Made by a program: the position numbers and the translations under genes. The notes below the pieces were generated by a model. It did no database searches and was not told the origin of the DNA. It saw only the letters and a list, made by a program, of their open reading frames with translations. A DNA stretch of 64,000 bases. It comes from Eledone cirrhosa. Lineage: Eukaryota. Below are positions 56,608-64,000 of the stretch, in pieces. Where the stretch lies: NCBI GenBank assembly GCA_964016885.1, contig OZ024742.1, positions 267,468,001 to 267,532,000 of the forward strand, written 5' to 3'. The stretch's first letter is position 1. Every line of letters starts with the position of its first letter.

Positions 56608-57535
56608 AATTACATACATTAATGATTTTAGTCTAATCCAAGTATCAGGTTTATGACAACAAGCATTTTGTTCAGAAGCCAACAAACTGACTTTCAGTGT
56701 ATTTTGTACACATTACAACACGAAATCAGATAAGTACATTGTTAATTATCATGTCTGACGAATAGAAGAATTTTCTCAGAAACTAATTCTTAAAATAGTT
56801 ATTGTCAATGTTGGTGTTTTCCACTTAGCATTCAGAAATATTTCATTGACACAACAAAGCCGAACAACAAAGCTCCACAGACGATCTCTCAACACCACTC
56901 CATCTCAATGTAGTGCTTCATTCATGAAAAGTAAAACAATAAATGCAAAACAATATCTATTAACCATTGTAACATCTTCGATAATATGATATTTATAAAT
57001 ATATATAAAACTAAGAGACGAAGCTTGTCGAATAGACCAGACATAGCTTCAGTTGTTTTATCACTCAATAATCAAATAAGTTCGTATTGTTAAAATTCGA
57101 ACGCAGTTGACCAACCAGACTACACATATACGTTAATCAGTGAGGAAGACGAATTCGTGTGTGTAATAACGTTGAGATACTCGGACTGGTGCATTAGTAT
57201 TTGCGTTTTCGATCTACTGCCAGTGTTCCGAAATGAGCAGCTATGTACAGAATATTAGGTCATGATAGTACACTCTACGTAATTTGGTGTGGGACCGGTT
57301 CCCTAGCGGGACTTCGCCTCCCTCTGAAGATGAAACCAATATGGCTTGACACCATTTTCAGTTACTAGATTTGACTTTAGTAGTTTACACCTTCATTTGG
57401 CCGGTGATTATCTCCATTCCATGACATGAGCGACTGAGTGTAGAAGACTTCCCCTGGACAGGACGCCAGTCCTTCTCAGGGTTAAACCCCAAGCTATTGC
57501 TGGTACTCATTTTCAGGTGAGTATACTAGAGCAAC

Positions 57536-57593
<58 letters not shown>

Positions 57594-57769
57594 GTTCCTA
57601 CTTTAGGCTCAAGGCCAGCAATTACCCAGTACATTACTGGTACTTTATTTATCGACCCCGTAAGGATGAAAGGCAAAGTTAACCTCGGCGGAATTTGAAA
57701 TCAGACTGTAAAGGGACGTAACTATGCTAGAAAGTATATATAATATAATGTAAGTATATATAATGTAAG

Positions 57770-58142
57770 TATGTATGTATACGTACATACATATATGTAT
57801 ACAAACGCACAGTAGTATGTATATATATACATACATGCACGTATCTGTTTACCGAACATTTATTATAATGCTCGGTTTGTTTGTAAACAAACAAACAGCC
57901 TGAATTACGCCGTAGAGTGTTTAGGCAACCACGTCACCTTTTTATTCAACACTGACACAGGAACGATGTACTAGTTTAAAGCAGAAGAACTGCGAAACCG
58001 GTAAAGGAATCAAATAAATATATATATATATATTTTTTAAAAATAAGACTCCAGTTGCATTTTCGATTTCATCATTTTTTCTTTATACTTTCACTCGTGT
58101 AGGACACCTCGGTTATATTTCATTTTGTAAAAAAACCCACAC

Positions 58143-58150
<8 letters not shown>
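57770..58150. mobile_element. Divergent chimera of family B (minus) and family C (plus), fused inside their hammerheads
   Basis: GAACGATGTACTAGTTT|AAAGCAGAAGAACTGCGAAACCGGTA at ~57961-58003. Confidence 0.8.
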
Positions 58151-58224
<74 letters not shown>

Positions 58225-58228
<4 letters not shown>

Positions 58229-61200
58229 CAAATAACGAAACGAAATTAAATTTCGTTTCGTTTGTAACTCACTTTTGTATGACTGACGCTTAAACAATTA
58301 AGTTAAAAATGTACATCCACATATGTATACTGAAATACTAGTATGCATATGAATACACACACGTGTACATATGTAGATGTACCGAGTTTTTCACTGGACA
58401 CTTTACTGTGAGTGTTCAGCTATTCTGTATGTAAACACACAGACAAACCGGTTTTTAGAGTCATACTGGTTTTCGAGGAAACACCTTTCCTCTATTCGCC
58501 AGAAAGCCAGACAGGAATATTGGACTAGTTTCGATGTTGTTACATCTCATCAGCAATATACCTATCCTCCGGCCTTTGTAGAGAATCGTAAAAGCACATA
58601 TCGTTATCTGCTTTTTCTATGAAAATTAGTAGTGGGCAGACTAATTTGCATAGAGCGTGAGTACGTACCGGTTCAGCGGAGACGATAAAAACAAATAACG
58701 AAACGAAATTAAATTTCGTTTCGTTTGTAACTCACTTTTGTATGACTGACGCTTAAACAATTAAGTTAAAAATGTACATCCACATATGTATACTGAAATA
58801 CTAGTATGCATATAAATACACACACGTGTACATATGTAGATGTACCGAGTTTTTCACTGGACACTTTACTGTGAGTGTTCAGCTATTCTGTATGTAAACA
58901 CACAGACAAACCGGTTTTTAGAGTCATACTGGTTTTCGAGGAAACACCTTTCCTCTATTCTCCAGAAAGCCAGACAGGAATATTGGACTAGTTTCGATGT
59001 TGTTACATCTCATCAGCAATATACCTATCCTCCGGCCTTTCTAGAGAATCGTAAAAGCACATATCGTTATATGCTTTTTCTATGAAAATTAGTAGTGGGC
59101 AGACTAATTTGCATAGAGCGTGAGTACGTACCGGTTCAGCGGAGACGATAAAAACAAATAACGAAACGAAATTAAATTTCGTTTCGTTTGTAACTCACTT
59201 TTGTATGACTGACGCTTAAACAATTAAGTTAAAAATGTACATCCACATATGTATACTGAAATACTAGTATGCATATGAATACACACACGTATACATATGT
59301 AGATGTACCGAGTTTTACACTGGACACTTTACTGTGAGTGTTCAGCTATTCTGTATGTAAACACACAGACAAACCGGTTTTTAGAGTCATACTGGTTTTC
59401 GAGGAAACACCTTTCCTCTATTCTCCAGAAAGCCAGACAGGAATATTGGACTAGTTTCGATGTTGTTACATCTCATCAGCAATATTTACATATCCTCCGG
59501 CCTTTCTAGAGAATCGTAAAAGCACATATCGTTATATGCTTTTTCTATGAAAATTAGTAGTGGGCAGACTAATTTGCATAGAGCGTGAGTACGTACCGGT
59601 TCAGCGGAGACGATAAAAACAAATAACGAAACGAAATTAAATTTCGTTTCGTTTGTAACTCACTTTTGTATGACTGACGCTTAAACAATTAAGTTAAAAA
59701 TGTACATCCACATATGTATACTGAAATACTAGTATGCATATGAATACACACACGTGTACATATGTAGATGTACCGAGTTTTTCACTGGACACTTTACTGT
59801 GAGTGTTCAGCTATTCTGTATGTAAACACACAGACAAACCGGTTTTTAGAGTCATACTGGTTTTCGAGGAAACACCTTTCCTCTATTCGCCAGAAAGCCA
59901 GACAGGAATATTGGACTAGTTTCGATGTTGTTACATCTCATCAGCAATATTTACCTATCCTCCGGCCTTTCTAGAGAATCGTAAAAGCACATATCGTTAT
60001 ATGCTTTTTCTATGAAAATTAGTAGTGGGCAGACTAATTTGCATAGAGCGTGAGTACGTACCGGTTCAGTGGAGACGATAAAAACAAATAACGAAACGAA
60101 ATTAAATTTCGTTTCGTTTGTAACTCACTTTTGTATGACTGACGCTTAAACAATTAAGTTAAAAATGTACATCCACATATGTATACTGAAATACTAGTAT
60201 GCATATGAATACACACACGTGTACATATGTAGATGTACCGAGTTTTTCACTGGACACTTTACTGTGAGTGTTCAGCTATTCTGTATGTAAACACACAGAC
60301 AAACCGGTTTTTAGAGTCATACTGGTTTTCGAGGAAACACCTTTCCTCTATTCGCCAAAAAGCCAGACAGGAATATTGGACTAGTTTCGATGTTGTTACA
60401 TCTCATCAGCAATATTTACCTATCCTCCGGCCTTTCTAGAGAATCGTAAAAGCACATATCGTTATATGCTTTTTCTATGAAAATTAGTAGTGGGCAGACT
60501 AATTTGCATAGAGCGTGAGTACGTACCGGTTCAGCGGAGACGATAAAAACAAATAACGAAACGAAATTAAATTTCGTTTCGTTTGTAACTCACTTTTGTA
60601 TGACTGACGCTTAAACAATTAAGTTAAAAATGTACATCCACATATGTATACTGAAATACTAGTATGCATATGAATACACACACGTGTACATATGTAGATG
60701 TACCGAGTTTTTCACTGGACACTTTACTGTGAGTGTTCAGCTATTCTGTATGTAAACACACAGACAAACCGGTTTTTAGAGTCATACTGGTTTTCGAGGA
60801 AACACCTTTCCTCTATTCGCCAGAAAGCCAGACAGGAATATTGGACTAGTTTCGATGTTGTTACATCTCATCAGCAATATACCTATCCTCCGGCCTTTGT
60901 AGAGAATCGTAAAAGCACATATCGTTATATGCTTTTTCTATGAAAATTAGTAGTGGGCAGACTAATTTGCATAGAGCGTGAGTACGTACCGGTTCAGCGG
61001 AGACGATAAAAACAAATAACGAAACGAAATTAAATTTCGTTTCGTTTGTAACTCACTTTTGTATGACTGACGCTTAAACAATTAAGTTAAAAATGTACAT
61101 CCACATATGTATACTGAAATACTAGTATGCATATAAATACACACACGTGTACATATGTAGATGTACCGAGTTTTTCACTGGACACTTTACTGTGAGTGTT

Positions 61201-63113
61201 CAGCTATTCTGTATGTAAACACACAGACAAACCGGTTTTTAGAGTCATACTGGTTTTCGAGGAAACACCTTTCCTCTATTCTCCAGAAAGCCAGACAGGA
61301 ATATTGGACTAGTTTCGATGTTGTTACATCTCATCAGCAATATACCTATCCTCCGGCCTTTCTAGAGAATCGTAAAAGCACATATCGTTATATGCTTTTT
61401 CTATGAAAATTAGTAGTGGGCAGACTAATTTGCATAGAGCGTGAGTACGTACCGGTTCAGCGGAGACGATAAAAACAAATAACGAAACGAAATTAAATTT
61501 CGTTTCGTTTGTAACTCACTTTTGTATGACTGACGCTTAAACAATTAAGTTAAAAATGTACATCCACATATGTATACTGAAATACTAGTATGCATATGAA
61601 TACACACACGTATACATATGTAGATGTACCGAGTTTTTCACTGGACACTTTACTGTGAGTGTTCAGCTATTCTGTATGTAAACACACAGACAAACCGGTT
61701 TTTAGAGTCATACTGGTTTTCGAGGAAACACCTTTCCTCTATTCTCCAGAAAGCCAGACAGGAATATTGGACTAGTTTCGATGTTGTTACATCTCATCAG
61801 CAATATTTACCTATCCTCCGGCCTTTCTAGAGAATCGTAAAAGCACATATCGTTATATGCTTTTTCTATGAAAATTAGTAGTGGGCAGACTAATTTGCAT
61901 AGAGCGTGAGTACGTACCGGTTCAGCGGAGACGATAAAAACAGATAACGAAACGAAATTAAATTTCGTTTCGTTTGTAACTCACTTTTGTATGACTGACG
62001 CTTAAACAATTAAGTTAAAAATGTACATCCACATATGTATACTGAAATACTAGTATGCATATGAATACACACACGTGTACATATGTAGATGTACCGAGTT
62101 TTTCACTGGACACTTTACTGTGAGTGTTCAGCTATTCTGTATGTAAACACACAGACAAACCGGTTTTTAGAGTCATACTGGTTTTCGAGGAAACACCTTT
62201 CCTCTATTCGCCAGAAAGCCAGACAGGAATATTGGACTAGTTTCGATGTTGTTACATCTCATCAGCAATATTTACCTATCCTCCGGCCTTTCTAGAGAAT
62301 CGTAAAAGCACATATCGTTATATGCTTTTTCTATGAAAATTAGTAGTGGGCAGACTAATTTGCATAGAGCGTGAGTACGTACCGGTTCAGTGGAGACGAT
62401 AAAAACAAATAACGAAACGAAATTAAATTTCGTTTCGTTTGTAACTCACTTTTGTATGACTGACGCTTAAACAATTAAGTTAAAAATGTACATCCACATA
62501 TGTATACTGAAATACTAGTATGCATATGAATACACACACGTGTACATATGTAGATGTACCGAGTTTTTCACTGGACACTTTACTGTGAGTGTTCAGCTAT
62601 TCTGTATGTAAACACACAGACAAACCGGTTTTTAGAGTCATACTGGTTTTCGAGGAAACACCTTTCCTCTATTCGCCAGAAAGCCAGACAGGAATATTGG
62701 ACTAGTTTCGATGTTGTTACATCTCATCAGCAATATTTACCTATCCTCCGGCCTTTCTAGAGAATCGTAAAAGCACATATCGTTATATGCTTTTTCTATG
62801 AAAATTTGTAGTGGGCAGACTAATTTGCATAGAGCGTGAGTACGTACCGGTTCAGCGGAGACGATAAAAACAAGTAACGAAACGAAATTAAATTTCGTTT
62901 CGTTTGTAACTCACTTTTGTATGACTGACGCTTAAACAATTAAGTTAAAAATGTACATCCACATATGTATACTGAAATACTAGTATGCATATGAATACAC
63001 ACACGTGTACATATGTAGATGTACCGAGTTTTTCACTGGACACTTTACTGTGAGTGTTCAGCTATTCTGTATGTAAACACACAGACAAACCGGTTTTTAG
63101 AGTCATACTGGTT
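58225..63113 (-). repeat. Tandem array of ~10.5 units (463/465 bp), retrozyme-like, one HHR per unit on the minus strand
   Basis: Periods 463,463,465,465,465 twice; HHRs start at 58517, 58980, 59443, 59908, 60373, 60838, 61301, 61764, 62229, 62694 (43 nt each). Confidence 0.95.
58517..58559 (-). ncRNA. Minimal type I hammerhead, first of 10 minus-strand copies
   Basis: Reverse complement ATATTG-CTGATGA-GATGT(AACA)ACATC-GAAAC(TA)GTC-CAATAT. Confidence 0.93.
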
Positions 63114-63126
63114 ACAACATCGAAAC

Positions 63127-64000
63127 TGGATGTACATTTTTAACTTAATTGTTCAAGCGTCAGTCATACAAAAGTGAGTTACAAACGAAACGAAATTTAA
63201 TTTCGTTTCGTTATTTGTTTTTATCGTCTCCGCTGAACCGGTACGTACTCACGCTCTATGCAAATTAGTCTACCCACTACTAATTTTCATAGAAAAAGCA
63301 TATAACGATATGTGCTTTTACGATTCTCTAGAAAGGCCGGAGGATAGGTAAATATTGCTGATGAGATGTAACAACATCGAAACTAGTCCAATATTCCTGT
63401 CTGGCTTTCTGGCGAATAGAGGAAAGGTGTTTCCTCGAAAACCAGTATGACTCTAAAAACCGGTTTGTCTGTGTGTTTACATACAGAATAGCTGAACACT
63501 CACAGTAAAGTGTCCAGTGAAAAACTCGGTACATCTACATATGTACACGTGTGTGTATTCATATGCATACTAGTATTTCAGTATACATATGTGGATGTAC
63601 ATTTTTAACTTAATTGTTTAAGCGTCAGTCATACAAAAGTGAGTTACAAACGAAACGAAATTTAATTTCGTTTCGTTATTTGTTTTTATCGTCTCCGCTG
63701 AAACGGTACGTACTCACGCTCTATGCAAATTAGTCTACCCACTACTAATTTTCATAGAAAAAGCATATAACGATATGTGCTTTTACGATTCTCTAGAAAG
63801 GCCGGAGGATAGGTAAATATTGCTGATGAGATGTAACAACATCGAAACTAGTCCAATATTCCTGTCTGGCTTTCTGGCGAATAGAGGAAAGGTGTTTCCT
63901 CGAAAACCAGTATGACTCTAAAAACCGGTTTGTCTGTGTGTTTACATACAGAATAGCTGAACACTCACAGTAAAGTGTCCAGTGAAAAACTCGGTACATC
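63127..64000 (+). repeat. Inverted continuation of the array (~1.9 units, runs off the window)
   Basis: Reverse complement of the 465-bp unit. Confidence 0.95.
63352..63394 (+). ncRNA. Minimal type I hammerhead (second plus copy at 63817-63859)
   Basis: ATATTG-CTGATGA-GATGT-AACA-ACATC-GAAAC-TA-GTC-CAATAT. Confidence 0.93.

Noticed and set aside
56620-56960. Possible host exon in non-repetitive-looking sequence (also 13330-14130)
   Set aside because: No recognisable protein motif or convincing splice-bounded frame; needs RNA-seq
58377-63999. Repeated 68/81-aa ORF (MYRVFHWTLYCEC...) as a tandem gene family
   Set aside because: Antisense to the ribozyme, frameshifted between units by the 2-nt indel, and without a recognisable domain
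58225-64000. CRISPR-like array
   Set aside because: Whole units repeat with no unique spacers; eukaryotic context; no cas genes

Overview
AT-rich, microsatellite-dense eukaryotic DNA. The repeat and SINE content suggests a cephalopod such as Octopus (inference). I found no supportable host protein-coding gene. Most ORF-track entries are translations of (AT)n/(AC)n/(AG)n tracts or of non-coding repeats. The window holds decayed retroelements (five Penelope-like GIY-YIG pieces, two R4/Dong-like RLE LINEs, one CRE-like, two L1/Tx1-like, one CR1-group, one RTE-like), tRNA-derived SINEs and DNA-transposon remnants (a hAT with TIRs and 8-bp TSD, a Chapaev-like fragment, MITEs). The main signal is a set of type I hammerhead ribozyme (HHR) motifs, all parsed by eye. 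A ~464-bp tandem array (58225-64000) carries 12 intact minimal HHRs and flips polarity at ~63113. At least six further small non-coding repeat families (monomers about 316-990 nt where measurable) each carry an intact or decayed HHR, including U3-A8 core variants and HHRs with large loop-II inserts. These elements and the Penelope copies recur as divergent 5'-to-5' pairs with both 3' ends against (AT)n tracts, sometimes joining different families. This suggests a Penelope-driven, microsatellite-targeted retrozyme system. No folding, alignment or cleavage assay was run.
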